DNA from: the human T2T-CHM13v2.0 reference genome, Homo sapiens
Reading direction: 5' to 3' (one strand)
Length of the DNA stretch: 64,000 nt
NCBI RefSeq assembly: GCF_009914755.1
Contig: NC_060947.1
Below are positions 44,176-59,420 of this stretch, one piece after another. Position 1 is the stretch's first letter, and every line of letters begins with the position of its first letter. The translations under genes were made by a program, and so were the position numbers. Under the pieces are notes generated by a model. It had not been told where the DNA came from. It ran no database searches and saw only the letters and a list, made by a program, of their open reading frames with translations.

Positions 44176-45249
44176 CTAAAATGAAGATATAAGACACATA
44201 TAAAATATGTTATAGAGCAATAGATTGGAAGATCAGAGAGGGAACAGGATCAAGAGCACACAGAAACACTTTTTCCCTCTCTGAGGGAAGAGTGAAAACA
44301 CATAATTGATGGAGAAACAAGATTGTGAGACAGAAAAACAAAAAGGCCTAGGCCCTAGGTCAAGTATATGTGATTCAGGACAGGACTCTATTCAAAGGGA
44401 ATAACTAGATGTTCCTAAGAGCATTAACACCCTCCAAGTGTGTGATTCAGTTCTGAGATGAACCTATTACAGGACAATATCCAGCTCCCCAGCCTGAGAC
44501 CTTTGCCATTTGAGTGAATATTTTCCACGCTGGCAGAAACATGTGATTTATTTGCCTGTCTCACTTTCAGGCAAATCTGCATAGTAAATGACAAAATGTT
44601 CCAGGGTTCCTGGGTTTTACTCCTTCCTAACTTTTGTGGGGTTTTGTTTGTGTATTTCCTTTGGGATTCAATATAGAAATCCTGCCAAATATATTTGGCA
44701 ACCATTGTCCTTGACATGAACTGTTCTTTCACATTTTATCTAAAACTAATCGGAAAACCTATTATATTCCCTGACCTGTGGTTAGAAGAAACTGAGCAGC
44801 TGCGGGAACAGATAATATAAAACTGAATTTTCCCAGCTGTTTATTTCAAACCTTGGCAGAGGCTGTCAGGATGTGTCCAGAGTCAGCTTATCCTGTTAAT
44901 CAGCATCAAAATAATCTAAAGTATAAAAGGGTTTCATTAAAATAAAAATTCTATCAACTTTTTTCTGGTAAATACATGTGACTGCCTATACAATAACAGA
45001 AAGCTAGATAATAAATTAATGATGTATTCCATTCAATTCAATTTTATACTCAAACTATTATTCTCTGTGCCTCAGGCTGCATGCTAGATGGACACTAATA
45101 TACACAGTGTATTAAGTAAAATTATCTCAATATTAATTGTTAACAGGGCTAACTTTAATGGATAAATGGTTGTTTAGTTAGATGCCAGGCTACTGACAAC
45201 CTGGGCCTCTACTTTCAAGGTCACTAACATTGCTCATCTGCAGGCTATA

Positions 45250-46570
45250 TAGGCTGTAGAACGAACTTGGATCCCCTCCTCACACCATATACCAAAATTA
45301 ACTCCAAGTGGATCAATGACCTCAATGTAAGAACTAAAACTATAAAAGTCTCAAAAGAAAATATAGGTTTAAATCTTAGTGATCTTTGATTTGACATTGA
45401 TTTCTTAGATATGACAACAAAAATACAAGCAACCAAAGGGGTAAAATAAATAAATATTGGATTTCATCAAAATGAAAAACTTTGTGCATCACAGGATACT
45501 ATTAGGAAAGTGAAAATACTACCCACAGAATGGGAAAAAATATTTTCATGTCATAGCTCTGATAAGGGTATAATATTAAGAATAAATAAAGAACTTATAC
45601 AACTCAGTACTAAAAAACAAATAATCCAATTAAAAACACGCAAAGCATTTAAATAGACATTTCTCCAAAGGAGATACACAAATGGTCAATAAACACATGA
45701 AAAGACTCTCAACAACGTAAGTCATCAGGGAAATGCAAATCCAAACTACAATGAGATATCACTTTATCCACACTAGGATGAGTATAATTAAAAAGACAGA
45801 CAGTAACAAGTGTTGATAAGAATATGGAAAAATTGGAACACTCATACTTTGGTAGTGAAAATGTAAAATGGTGCAGCTGCTTTGAAAAAGTCTGGCAGTT
45901 CCTCTAAAAGTTAAACATAGAATTACCATGTGACCTAGCAATTATATTCCTAAGTATATTCCGAAGAGAAATAAAAGCATATGTACACAAAGACTTGTAC
46001 ATGAATGTTCTATAGCAGCATTATTCATAATAGCCAAAAGGGGAAACAATCCAAAAGTCCATCAACAGATGAATGGATAAACAAAATGTGGTCTATCCAT
46101 ACAATGGAGTATTATTCAGCCATAAAAAGGAGTTAAATTCTGATACATACTACAACATGGAAGATTTTTTTAAATTAAAAAATGAAAATAGTTTCATTCT
46201 TACTATATCTTTATTTTCTTATTTTAACTCCTCTATCATTCTGCAAAAATGGAAGAATCTTGAAAACATGCTAAGCAAAAGATGCTAGACACAAAAGGCC
46301 ACATATTTTATCCCTTCATTTACATGAAATATCCAGAATAGGCAAAACCACAGTGACGGAAAGTAGGTTAATGGTTGCCAGGGGCTGGGGAAAGGAAGAA
46401 AATTAGAAGTGACTGTTTAATGATTACAGGGTTTCTTTTTGAGGTGATGAAAATATTCTGGAATTAAATAAAGATGATAGTTGTACACTTTACGGATTCA
46501 CTAAAAACCACTGAATTGTACACTTTCAAATGGTGAATTTTATGATATGTAAAGTATATGTCAATAAAAA
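45250..46570 (+). mobile_element. L1MB-type 3' end
   Basis: ORF2 C-terminal and 3'UTR motifs ending tcaataaaaa. Confidence 0.8.
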
Positions 46571-47360
46571 TGTGGAGATTTAGGAAAGGAAAAGAATCTC
46601 CACACTGAAAATAAGTGATTTTTACAGTATGTAAATCATACCTCCAAGGAGTGAAAAAATGGTAAGGAAATATTCTGAACTTTATACTATTAAATTCAAC
46701 AGCTCAGATGGAATTTCTTTTCTTTTTTTGAGACAGAGCCTTGCTTTGTTGCTCAGGCTGGAGTGCAGTAGCATGATCCATAGTTAATTGCAGCCTTGAA
46801 CTCTTGGGCTCAAGTGATCCTCCTGCCTCAGCCTTCCAAGTAGCTGGGACTACAGGCATATGTTACCACACTTGGCTAATGAAAAAAAATTCTGTAGAAG
46901 TCAAGTCTTGTTATGTTGCCCAGGCTGATCTCAAACTCCTGGCCTAGAGCAATCCTGCTGCCTCCTCCCAAAGTGTTGGGGTTACAGGTGTGAGCCACCA
47001 TGCCCAGTCTCAAATGGAATTTCTTAAAAGAAATTATTAAAATTTATCCTATAAGAAATAGAAAATTCAAATAGCCCTTTACCTATTAAAAATAGAATTC
47101 ACAATTAAGACCCTTAAAAAAAAAACCAAACCAAAACAAAAAACACTGGGATAAGATGATTTCCCTGGTGAATAAACATTTAAAAAAGAAATGATACCAA
47201 TTCTACACAAACTCTTTCATTAAATAGAAGAGTGAACACGTCTCAACTCATTTTATAAGAATAGTCAGCCGGGCGCGGTGGCTCACGCTTGTAATCCCAG
47301 CACTTTGGGAGGCCGAGGTGGGCGGATCATGAGGTCAGGAGATCGAGACTATCCTGGCTA

Positions 47361-47955
<595 letters not shown>

Positions 47956-48069
47956 ACTCTTATATCAAAACCAGACAATGACATTATAAGAAAATCACAG
48001 CCAAATATCCATCATGAACACAGACGCAAAAACTAAAAAACCACCATCACCACCAAAACCCTTAACAAA

Positions 48070-48465
48070 ACAGTTTTAGTTGGCCAGGGCTGCCATAACA
48101 AAATACTAGAGATTGGGTGACTTAAACAACAGAAACTTATTTTCTCACAGTTCCGGAGGCTGGAAATCCAATATCAGGGTGCCAGCACGGTCAGTTTCTA
48201 GTGGAGCCCTCTTCCCAGCTGGTAGATGGCTGCCTTCTCGCTGTATGTTCACATGGCTTTTCCTCAGTGCATGAGTGTAGAGAGAGAACCTTCTCTCTTC
48301 TTATGAGGCCACCAGTCCTATCAGATTAGGACTCCATCCTTATGGCCTCATTTAACCTTGTTTACCTCCTAAAAGCCCTATCTCCAAATATAATCATCTT
48401 GAGAGTTAGGACTTCAACATATGAATTTGGGGTGGGGGGAGGTGGAGACAATTCAGTCCATAGCG
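48070..48465 (-). mobile_element. MLT1 LTR
   Basis: agggctgccataacaaaatac...cttaaacaacagaaac...ggacttcaacatatgaatttgggg. Confidence 0.8.
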
Positions 48466-51294
48466 AAAATATTACCAATGTAATATGTCACAACCAGGTG
48501 GATTTTTTCCCTGGGAATACATAGCTAGTTCCTCATTAAAAAATCAATCAAGGTAATTCACCATAACAGAATAAACAAGATAAACCATATGACCATTTGA
48601 ATAGATGCAGAAAAAGCATTTGACAAAATCTAATATCAAATCTTGATAAAAACTCTCACACCAAGAATAGAAGGAAACTTCCTCAATTTGACAAAGGGCA
48701 TCTATGAAAAAATTTACAAGTAATTGTACTTAATGGTAAAATAATGAATATTTTCCCTCTGAAATCAGGAAGAAGACAAGGATTCTGCTATCATCAGTTC
48801 TATCTAACATTGTACTGGAGGCCCTTGCCAGTACAGTAAGGCATGAAAAAAAAAATAAAAAGCATCCAGTTTGGAAAGGAAGAAGCAAACTGTCTTTATT
48901 TGCAGACAACATTATTGTATATGTAGAAATTCTAAAAGAAGTGCAAAACGCTACTAGAGCTAAAATGCAAATTAACAAGATTAGAGTGAACAAGGTCAAT
49001 ATACAAAAATCAATTGAATTTCTATATTTTAGTAACAAATGATTGGAAAACGAAAACAAATAAAAATGATACAATTAACAATAGCATCGAATCCCTCAAA
49101 ATACTTGGGGATACAATTAATATAATTCTTGCAAGAACTACTCTGTAGGCTACAAAATATCCTAGAGGGAAATTAAAGAAAATTTAAAGAAACAAAGCCA
49201 TACCATGTTGTTGTATTGAAAGATTCAGTATTGTTTAAATGTCAATTCTCCCCAAATTGATCTACAGATTCAATTCAATTCCAGTCAAAATCCCAGTTGG
49301 CTATTTGGTGGAGTTGGCTAGTTGACTATAAAATTAATACAGAAATATAAAAGCCTAAATATATCAAAAGCAATTTCAATAAAAAAGTAAGTTGGAGGTT
49401 TTAGACTGCCTGATATTAAGACTTACTATAAAGTTACAACAATCAAAACAATCTGGTACTGGCATAAGCACAGATATACACATCTATGGAACTAGAGAAT
49501 CCATAAACAGATTTGCCTATATACAGTCATTTAATTTTCTACAAAGGCACCAAGGGAATTCAATAGAGAAAGAAAAGTCACACCATACAGAAAATTTAAC
49601 TCAAAATGTATTATAAACCTAAATACTAATGCTAAAATGATAAAAGTTCTAGAAGAAAACAGAAGAAAGGCTTTGTGAACTTGAGGTGGGCAAAGATTTC
49701 CTAGGACAGGGGAAAAAAAAGCATGAATCATAGAAGAAGAAAAGCTAAATTGGACTTAACTACAACTATAAATTTCCACTATTTGAAAGACACCATTTGG
49801 AAAATGAAAATGCAAGCCATAGATTGGAAAAAAACATTCAAAACAGGTACCTCTGAATAGTCTTGTACCCAGAATATATAAAAAATTATCAAAACTCAAC
49901 AATAACAAGACAAACAACCCAATTAAAAACTGGCAAACCATTATCCTAAGTGAATTAACACAGGAACTGAAAACCAAATACCATATGTTCTCACTTAGAA
50001 GTGGGAGCTAAATGATGAGAACACATGGACATAGAATAATAGACACTGGAGACGACTAGAGGAAAGAGGGAGGAGGAAGGGTAGCAAGGAGTGAAAAACC
50101 ACCTATTGGGTACTATGTTCACTACTTCAGTGACAGGATCATTCATTCGTAACCCAAACTTCAGCACCATGCAACATACTCATGTAACAAACCTGCACAT
50201 GTACCTCCTCAGTCTAAAATAAAAGTTGAAACTACGTTTAAAAACAAAGGACCAATGATTTGAATAGACACTTCCAAGAAGATATAGGAATGGCTAATTA
50301 GCACATGCAAAGATGCTCAACATCTTTAGTCATCAGAGACACGCAAATTAAAAGTATAACCAGGTGCAGTGGCTCAAGCCGTAATCCCAACATTTTGGGA
50401 GGCCGAGGCGGGTGGATCACTTGAGGCCAGGAGTTTGAGACCAGCCTGGCCAACATGGCAAAACCCCGTCTCTACCAAAAATACAAAAATTAGCTGGGCA
50501 CGGTGGCGTGTGACCATAGTCCTAGCTACTCAGGAGGCTGAGGCATGAGAATTGCTTGAGCCTAGGAGGCAGATGTTGAGCTGAGATTGCGCCACTGCAC
50601 TCCAGCCTGTGTGATGGGATGAGATTCCATCTCAAAAAAAAAAAAAAGTATAGTGAGATACCACTGTGCAGTCATTAAGTACTGGCAACATCAAATGTTG
50701 TCCAGGATATATTGCAACTGGAACTCTCATGCATTGCTGGTGGGAGTATAGAATGGTACGTTCAAGAAATCTGTCTGGCAGTTTCTCTTAAACATGCACT
50801 TACCATATGATCCAGCAATTCCACTCCTAGATATTTAACTAAGATAAATGAAAATAGATGTTCACACAAAACATGTGGAGCACTGTTCATAGCAGGTTTA
50901 TTTGTATTTGCTCCTAACTGGAAATAATCCAAAATTATGATATAATCCCATAATGGAGCAGTAATCAGCAATAAAAAGGATAGAAATACTTTATACAACA
51001 ACCTGCATGAATTTCCAAATCATGATGCTGAAGAAAAAAAGCCATAGAAGAATACATACCGTATGATTCCACTGATGTAAAATTCTAGAACATGTGAAAA
51101 CAAATCTGTAACTTCCAGATAGCAGTTTATTGGCTGAGGCCAGGTCAGTGGGAGAGACTCATTAAAAAGTTGCAGGAGGGTTGATGTAAATGCATGTTGA
51201 TTAGGGTGGTGGTTATGCAAGTGTATGCATTTGTCAAAACTCATCAAACTGCATATTTAAAATTGATGAGCTTCATTGTATGTAAACTATACCT

Positions 51295-51832
51295 GTGGCA
51301 GGTAAAAATTTGGCCCACATCACCTTTGCTCCTTGGTGTCATGTCCAAAAATATATTATGTGGCAAATTAAACTTTGCAGATGGAATTAAGGGGCTGATT
51401 AGCTGACCTTGAGATGGGGAGAGTATTCTGAATTACCCAGGTCGGCCCAATGTAATCACATGAGTCCTTAAAAGTAAAAGAGAGAGGCAAAAAAGGCCAG
51501 AGATATGCACGGAAAATTGAAGTCAGAGCAATTCCAAGCATGAGAGAGTGTTGATGCACCATTGCTGGTAGAGGGCACTACATGGAAAGTGAGAGAAGGA
51601 ACTGAATTTGCTAACATTCCAAATGAGCCTGTAAGCAGATTCTCCCCAAGAGCTTTCACTAAGGAGTGCAGCCCTATTAAAACCTTGGTGTTGGCCTTGT
51701 ATGACCCTGCACAGAGTATCCAGCTGAGTCCACCTGGACTTCTAACTCACAGAAACTGTGAGACAGTAAATGGGTCTGTCATAAGCTGATACATTTGATG
51801 TAGTTTGTTACACAGCAATAGGAAATTAACAG
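51295..51832 (+). mobile_element. MLT1 LTR
   Basis: actttgcagatggaattaagg; aatgtaatcaca; cagaaactgtgaga. Confidence 0.75.
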
Positions 51833-54800
51833 GATATTCAATGTTGACCCAAATACTACAAACTAACTTGATAAACAAATTTAAAAAGCAATTAAAATCA
51901 TACGTCTAGATTATCAAAGATGAAATCAAAGAAGATATTACAAACTATTCTGAAAAAAATGAAAAGAAAACCCTTCATGCTATACCATTTTACAATGTAT
52001 ACTTACATCAAAACATTATCTTGTACACCTTAAATATATACAACTTTTATTTGTCAATTATACCACAATAAAGCTGGGGTGGGGTGGGATAGAATTACCT
52101 GGGGACTAAATAGTTTGCTGAGGATGGGGCCTAGGAATGTAAATTTTAATAAGCTTCCCGAGTGATTCTTATGCACACTGAAGTTTGAGAACTAGTGCCT
52201 TCATGGACTTCAGCTTTGGGGTGAGCTTTAAGAAAGTCAGGGTCCAGTTAATGAATATGAGAGATACTGCTTTTTTTTATTTTTTTATTTTTTGAAATGG
52301 AGTCTCACTCTGTCACCTAGGCTGAGCACAATCTTAGCTCACTGCCACCTCCGCCTCCTAGGTTCAAGCAATTCTCCTGCCTCAGCCTCCTCAGTAGCTG
52401 GGATTACAGGTGAGCACCACCATGCCCAGCTAATTTTTTTTTTTTTTTTGGTAGACACGGAGTTTTGCCATGTTGGCTAGGCTGGTGTCAAACTCCTGAC
52501 CTCAGGTGATCTGCCTGCCTCGGCCTCCCAAAGTGCTGGGATTACAGGCATGAACCACCATACCTGGCCGATTGCTTATTTATATCTCCAAGCTTCACTG
52601 ATCAGAAAATACTTTTCCTGAAAAGTTATCCTACAGAAATCAGATCATGTTGAGAGGATAAGTCTCTGGAATGTTAATAAAGGTATATGGAGCTAGCATA
52701 GTTGAACTGTTCACTTTTTGCATAAGAAATCTCACTGTTCATGTTTTCCCATCAGACAAAATAAAACAGACTGACGAGTTTTATATATTAATGTGTGAAC
52801 AGTGCATAGCTACATGCCAATAAAGCAGCACAGTTAATGAATCAATAGCTTCTTTTTCTGCTCAGTGAAAATAAAAATGCTTTATACCAACTAGAAAAAA
52901 AAAAAATCCAAAAGCCCATTCTTTGAAAAGAGCACCACCAGCAACAAAATAGACAAGTCATTGGCAAGCTTATTCAAGGAAAAAAAGATAAATAGCAAAG
53001 ATAGAGGAATTTAGGAATAAGAAAGGGCACATAACTACAGATAATGTGGAGTAAAAGAATCATGAGTGAGTGCTACATGCAACACTGTGGCAACAAAATT
53101 GAAAAAATAAATAAAGTTACTTCCTAGAAAGGTATATAATTATTGGAAGTTGAAACTTGAATTGACTGATTATCATAGAAGAGCCTGGAGGGGTGATTAA
53201 AGATATTGCAAATGCCACTAGGACCAAATGGATTCATAAGTGAGTCTCACCTAACTTTTAGACAATGGATAATTCAAATGTTACTTAAGCTATTCTAAGC
53301 AATAGAAAAAGATGGAGTACTCATCAATTCATTTGATAAAGCCAACAAAACTTTGTTTATTATTATTAGTAGGTTGAGTAGTGAAAATCTACTAAGAATA
53401 GTCTAAAGAAATAGTACATAGAACCCACTAATGATCAAATTCCATGAATAGTAGATTTTACTCCAAGAATGTAAGGGTATTTAGTGTCAGGACATCTATG
53501 AACATAATTTGTTCATCAGCATATCAAAGAAGACAATTCAGATGATACCAGCTGCTGAAAACTTATTTATGATAAACATTTTGTGGCAAATGAGAATAGA
53601 ATAAACACCATTTACAAAAACCAAAACAGCAAATGTTACTCTAAATAGCAAAATACAAAAATTATTTCAAGTAAAATCATAGAGTAGAAGGAATGTTCAC
53701 TTTCATTGTTATTATTTAACATTTGCTCTTGTTTTCTAATAAATTCAATAAGATAAGAAAATGAAATAACTGGCTATAAATATTGGAAATGAGCTAAAAT
53801 CTGTCTCATTTAACTTATGATATGATTCAATACTCACAGAGACTTTAGGGTAAAATTACTAGAATTAATAGGCAAATTTGGTAAGGTAGCTAGATTTAAG
53901 ATGAATATACAATGGCTGGGTGCGGTGGCTCAAACCTGTAATCCTAGCTCTTTGGGAGGCTGAGGTGGGGGGAATGCTTGAGCTCAGGAGTTGAAAACCA
54001 GCCTGGGTAACATGGCAAAAACCCATCTCTAAAAAATATACAAAAATTTTCCGGGCATGGTGGCCTGCTCCTGTAGTCCCAGCTACTTGGGGGGCTGATA
54101 TACAGGAGAATTGCTTGAATCCAGGAGGTTGAGGCTGCAGTAAGGTGAGATCACCCCACTGCACTCCAGCCTGGGTGACAAAATGAGACCCAGGCTCAAA
54201 AGAAAAAGCTGAAAATACACAAACCAATAGCTTATCTCTATTTGGTACTAAGCACTCATAAATGGAAATAGGAGAAAACTATCTTATTAACAATAGCATC
54301 ACACTTATAAAATACACAGAGATAAATGTAATAAGAAAAATATTTAAATTTATTACATTAATAAAATTAAGGTCTGAGTTTAATGAAATTGCAGTTAGAA
54401 TCACAACAGAGCTTGGATCTTTTTAATTTGAAAAATATCTTAACAGTTTTATGTGGAAGAATAAAGTGTCTAAGAATAGCTAAGAAAGGTACAAAAAGAA
54501 TAGTGAGGATTGCTTTCACCCACCAGATATCAGAAGATATCATAGGCTCACTGTAATCAAATCACTATGGTACTGGCATAGCAAGATAATAGTAGATTAG
54601 TGAAACAGCCTAATGAATCCAGAAATATATGCTAATATATATGAGAACTTTATATGATGAATGTGTTGATTCAAATCAGTGGCAAAAGGTGCCATCACAA
54701 TAGGCTATTGATCTGGATGGAAATAAAACTAGACAAATCCCTCTCTCATGCCATATGACAAAAGTAATTAGCAGATAATTGAAGCAATGCATATAAAAAG

Positions 54801-56811
54801 CGAAACAGTAAACATCTTGCAAGAAAATCTGGGAGATTACACGTACAATCTTGAGGTGTGGGAAACATTTTTAACCAACCTTGCCGACTCTGAAGATATG
54901 AAAGAAAAGATATCTCTGATTATAAAAATTAAAAACTGTTTTGGTAAAAGTTATAAGAAAGTCAACAGACAAACAATAGATCTTGGGGAAAACTGCAATA
55001 TACATGACAAAGAGTTAATATTTGTAATAATAAAAGGGTTCTCATAATTTTTTTAAATGAAAGAGTCCAAAGAATAATGGGCAAATCATATGACTAATTA
55101 AATCCCCCAAATAAATCCAATAGCCAACAAGCATTTAAAAAGATGCTCAACTTATTAGAAATAAAAATAACACAATGAAAGTAATGATGCAATATCACTC
55201 TACACCTGTAAAATTGGCAAATTTTAAAAACAGGATAAAACTTATCGCTATGTGAATGCAGAGAGAAGGCCATTTTCATACTTCGATGGTAGAAATGTTT
55301 GAAAAGTTCTGACCTCTTTGGAAATTAAAACTTAGAAGGAAACATTCCCTTCGTTCCATTAATATTCCTCTTGCAAGTTTGTTCAACAGAAGTAAAAGCA
55401 CCAGTATGTAATGATATAGGATATAGTAGCCAAAAACTGGAATAAAGTGAACATATTGACTAAATTGTGATACAGCCATACCATAGAATCTTATATAGCC
55501 AATAAAAATAATGAATTAAAGCTATACCAATTGACTTAGAGTTCTAGTACGTGTTAATGAGTGAGAAATGTGTGTATAATGTCCCAATTTTATAAAACAA
55601 ATAATGTCCAAGAAAACCTTTGTGTGTGTGTATGTGTATGTGAATATATATTATCATACTGGGGTTACCTAGCTGAGGTGGGGGAGAAGGGGACTGATGT
55701 GGAAAGAGGGTGGGGAGCCAAACAGAAAGAACCAAAAAGAATATAAAGTATGTACAACATGACCACATTTAATGTTTACACAGCCACAATCTATGTATTA
55801 TATTTAAATCTTTATAATACACATTTAAAGAAGACAAAAAAATAAAATAAATGATTTCAGCATTCAACTCAAGAAGCAAAAATCTAACAACAAAATGAAC
55901 CAAAGGAAATTAGAAGGAAGGAATAAATCAATGAAAGTAGAAGCAGAAACTGATGCAACAGAAAGAAAAAAGAGATTGATAAATCAAACCAAAAGAAAAT
56001 TCTTGACAAGACCAATAAAATCAAGAAAACTCCTGGAAATATTATTTTTAAAAGAGAGGAAGAGAACATATACAACATAAGGAATGAAAAAGAAAATATA
56101 ACTACAGACACAGAACAGTTTAACAAAATCACAGGAGACTCTTACATAACTTGATACCAATACATTATCAAATCTAGGGACAGTAGATTGCTTTCTATGA
56201 AAGTATAGACCAAAATATACCAATATTTACTGAAGAAGAGGTAGAAAAATCTGAATCAACTGATGACCATAGACAATATTGATAAAGTTATTTAATACTC
56301 TGCCTAAATGCACCAGAACCCCCAAAACACGAAAAGCTTCTGAACTCAAGGCTCATATTATCCTTACACCCAAAGTAGGAAAAGATATTATAAAAACACA
56401 CATTGCATGTACACACAAGAGAACCAGACATGAAACTTGTGTGTGATATTGATTGGATTTCATTGCCTTGATTCTCTCTATGGAAGCTTGGGCAGGCAGA
56501 GGGAAGTTTTGTCTTTGTCCCTTCACCCTCCCTCTACTCCAGTCTCTAGATTCTGGAGGAGCAGCATATGACGAAGAGAAGCAATGGACAAAACAGAACA
56601 AAATATCAACAAATAGGTCAGACCTATGAAAAGAATTGGCAGTTAGCATTTCTGCTAATAACACAGATGTGTGCACACCTTACCCAGAAATGTTTCTTTG
56701 GGGCCCAGGTAGCATCACAACCATCCTAACCCGATGTCTGCACCTTCCTCCAAGCAGACTTACATCCCCACAATCCTGGCCCCGATCAGACCCTACAGGA
56801 CATGCCTTTAC

Positions 56812-56954
56812 CTTGCGTCCACAGGCAGCTCACCGAGATCACTTTGCATATAGTCCCATGACAGTTCCACTGCACCCAGGTAGTATCTTCTGGTGGCACT
56901 AAAGCAGAATCGCAAAAGGCACAGAAAGAAGCAGGTGGAGAGCTCTATTTGCAT
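56812..56954 (-). CDS. F8: Coagulation factor VIII, exon 1 coding part (143 bp; signal peptide MQIELSTCFFLCLLRFCFS plus mature N-terminus ATRRYYLGAVELSWDY)
   Basis: Reverse complement reads ATGCAAATAGAGCTCTCC...GACGCAAG|gtaaag; recognisable FVIII N-terminus; too short for the ORF track. Confidence 0.99.
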
Positions 56955-57125
56955 GACTTATTGCTACAAATGTTCAACTGGAGAAGCAAAAGGTTAATTC
57001 TTCTCTAAAATATCTTTAGCTCCCAGGAGGGGAAAAAAGTAAAATTTCTGATTTAATGAAAAGTCCCAATTTCTTTGCAGAGCATTTTAAGGAACTTTAC
57101 CCACTGGATGTGCTCAGCACTAAGC
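56955..57125 (-). other. F8: F8 5'UTR (about 171 nt, part of exon 1)
   Basis: Reverse complement begins GCTTAGTGCTGAGCACATCC, the mRNA 5' end as I recall it. Confidence 0.85.
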
Positions 57126-57300
57126 AGTAACCGATAGGATTGCTTCCTTTTTATCAGTGGGAAGCAGCCACAGGAAGAACTGAAGTAGCAAAAGGGAGGC
57201 TGCTAAACTTAACCCATTCACTTCTGAGAGCAGTAGGGGCATAAGTCTGCTTTAATCAGAACCTTTAAGGAAAGGAGGAGAGGGATGGAGAAGTCAAAGT
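56990..57300 (-). promoter_or_regulatory. F8: F8 proximal promoter (non-CpG; GATAAA TATA-like element, NF-kB-like, HNF1-like and ETS motifs)
   Basis: GATAAA at 57150-57155 (25-30 bp upstream of the start); GGGACTTTTC at 57058-57067; GGTTAATTCT near 56992; CAGGAAG at 57171. Confidence 0.8.
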
Positions 57301-57449
57301 GAACAGGAGCTTTAATTTGTGCTCCTATTCCTAGCCTACTCCAACCCTCTTCCTGAGTGGCAGCAGCAAGAGAAGTTCTGGATGTTGTCGAAGATTCTAG
57401 AATTCACTTGCACTAGCAAGAGTAACCAGCAACCTGTTAGTCTCTCTGC

Positions 57450-59420
57450 TTTTGCCCTTGCCCCTCACACTGCTGCCAGTATGAGGAATTTATAGTTTTT
57501 AAAACTGTAGTTTTACATATAACATGAGGTTAGGCAACTATTGTTTTAAAAACTATAATTTATAGTTATAATTTAAAACTATAAAGCGAGTCCTGTCACT
57601 CCTCTTCTCAGAATCCTCCAATGGCTTCTGACCTCCATCAGGGTAAAACCCTACATCTTTACCATGGCCTAGGTCCTAGAGCATCCCACATGGTCTGCAT
57701 GCCCTTTCTCCTGACCTCTGTAGTCTCATCTCACTCTGGTTATACTGGTCTCCTTACTCTTCCCTAAAATATCAAGCACACTCATGCCCCTGGACCTCAA
57801 CACTTGCTATTTCTTTTACCCAAAACACCTTTCCCCCAGATTTCCACGTAGTTCCACTCCCACAACTCCTTCACATTTCAGCTCCAATCTTCCCTGTTGA
57901 ATGAGGTTTAAATATGGAACACCACATTTATGTTGTAAGCTCTTTACCCCCACCTGCATCACTGATATCCCTCTTGGCTTCATTTTTCTCAATAGCACTC
58001 ATAACCACCTGGCATTTATTCATTTATTTATTTTGTTTTGTTTTTAACCTAACACTTTTCCAGGCTGTTTACATTTGGCCCAGGTATAGGATATATCTCT
58101 TTACATCAGAATGTAGCCATGGTGAGCTCAAACACCCTACTCAGGTTAATGTTTATTAGGGAGAGTGAGGGCCCCTGCAGGGGCCTCAAAGTGTAAGAGA
58201 TTATGAGAAGAAACTTGATCAGGGTTGCTATAAAAATGTTATCATTGAGCTCAGTTCTGCACAAACAAGAATGTGTTAGGGAGCAATTGGTATATTGTCG
58301 ACTGGTTTGGAAACAGGCAGCAAGAAGCCCCTTTGATAAACACTCCTCTCTGACAGGTACAAGGATGCAGAGATGACAGCTGACACTATATGCCAGGAAC
58401 TGTTCTAGGTGCTTTTAAATACAGGTACTATTCTTACCTTCATTTTATGGGTGATGAAACTGAAGCACGGAGAGGTTAGGCAACTTCTCCATGGCCACAC
58501 AGCTTGTGAGTGGTAGCATTCAAACCCATGTACTCTGGCTCCAGAAGTCATGCTCCTAACCACTATGCTATACTTCTATGCCTCAGAAATGAAGAAATCC
58601 CAGTTCCCAACCCCCTGGGAATGACAGTCCAATGGAGGAGACAGAAAAGTAGACAGTTACAGTACAGGGTGATAAATTCACTGCCAGGTGCTACACATAG
58701 GCTATCTGATTTAATCCTCATGACAACACCGCAAAGTGGATACAGATAAAGTAACTGAGGTACAGAGAGGTTAAATGGCTTGCCTACAGCCACATAACTA
58801 CCCATTTGTCCTAGACAGATATTGTCCTAGGCACTGGGTACACATTGATGAAAAATATAAGCAACTGAAAGAGGGATGATAAGCAATAATTACAATACAT
58901 GAGTACATTATACAGTATGTTAGAAGGTAAAATAAGTGCTGTGCAAAAAAGAGAAGTGGGGTAAGGGGGAGTAAGGGTGGACCAGGTTGCAATTTTAAAG
59001 GAGGTTAGTCATGGAAAGTTTCACTAAGGTTGCATTTCAGCAAAGGGACATTGACTTCTACACTGAGGGCAATGGGGAGACACGGCCGGGTTGTGAGTAG
59101 AGGAGGGTGGTGATCAGAATTATCTTTTAGGCTGATCTTTCTGATCACTGTAGATAAAACAAACTCTAGCAGGATAAGGGTAGAAGGAGGGTGGCCTGTT
59201 AACCGGGGGTGAGAAATGGTGGCGGCTTGGGCTATGATGGTACCACTGGAGAGGGTGAAAAATGGCTGGATTCATTGTGAGGGTAACGTTTGTGGGAACT
59301 GCTGATGAATTTTGGATCTGTGGGCTTTGAGAAGGAAAAATTTGGAACACCAAGTTTTTTGGAATAAAGTTGACTAACTGGGATGGGGATGACTGCATGA
59401 GTAGCTTAGGGGCGGGGCAC
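57450..59420. mobile_element. L2 and MIR remnants upstream of the F8 promoter
   Basis: tcctgtcactcctct...cctccaatggcttc; gatgaaactgaagcacggagaggttag. Confidence 0.6.

Noticed and set aside
56812-56954. Apparent absence of F8 exons 1 and 5 from the ORF track
   Set aside because: Both are present and intact on manual reading; they fall below the ORF length cutoff
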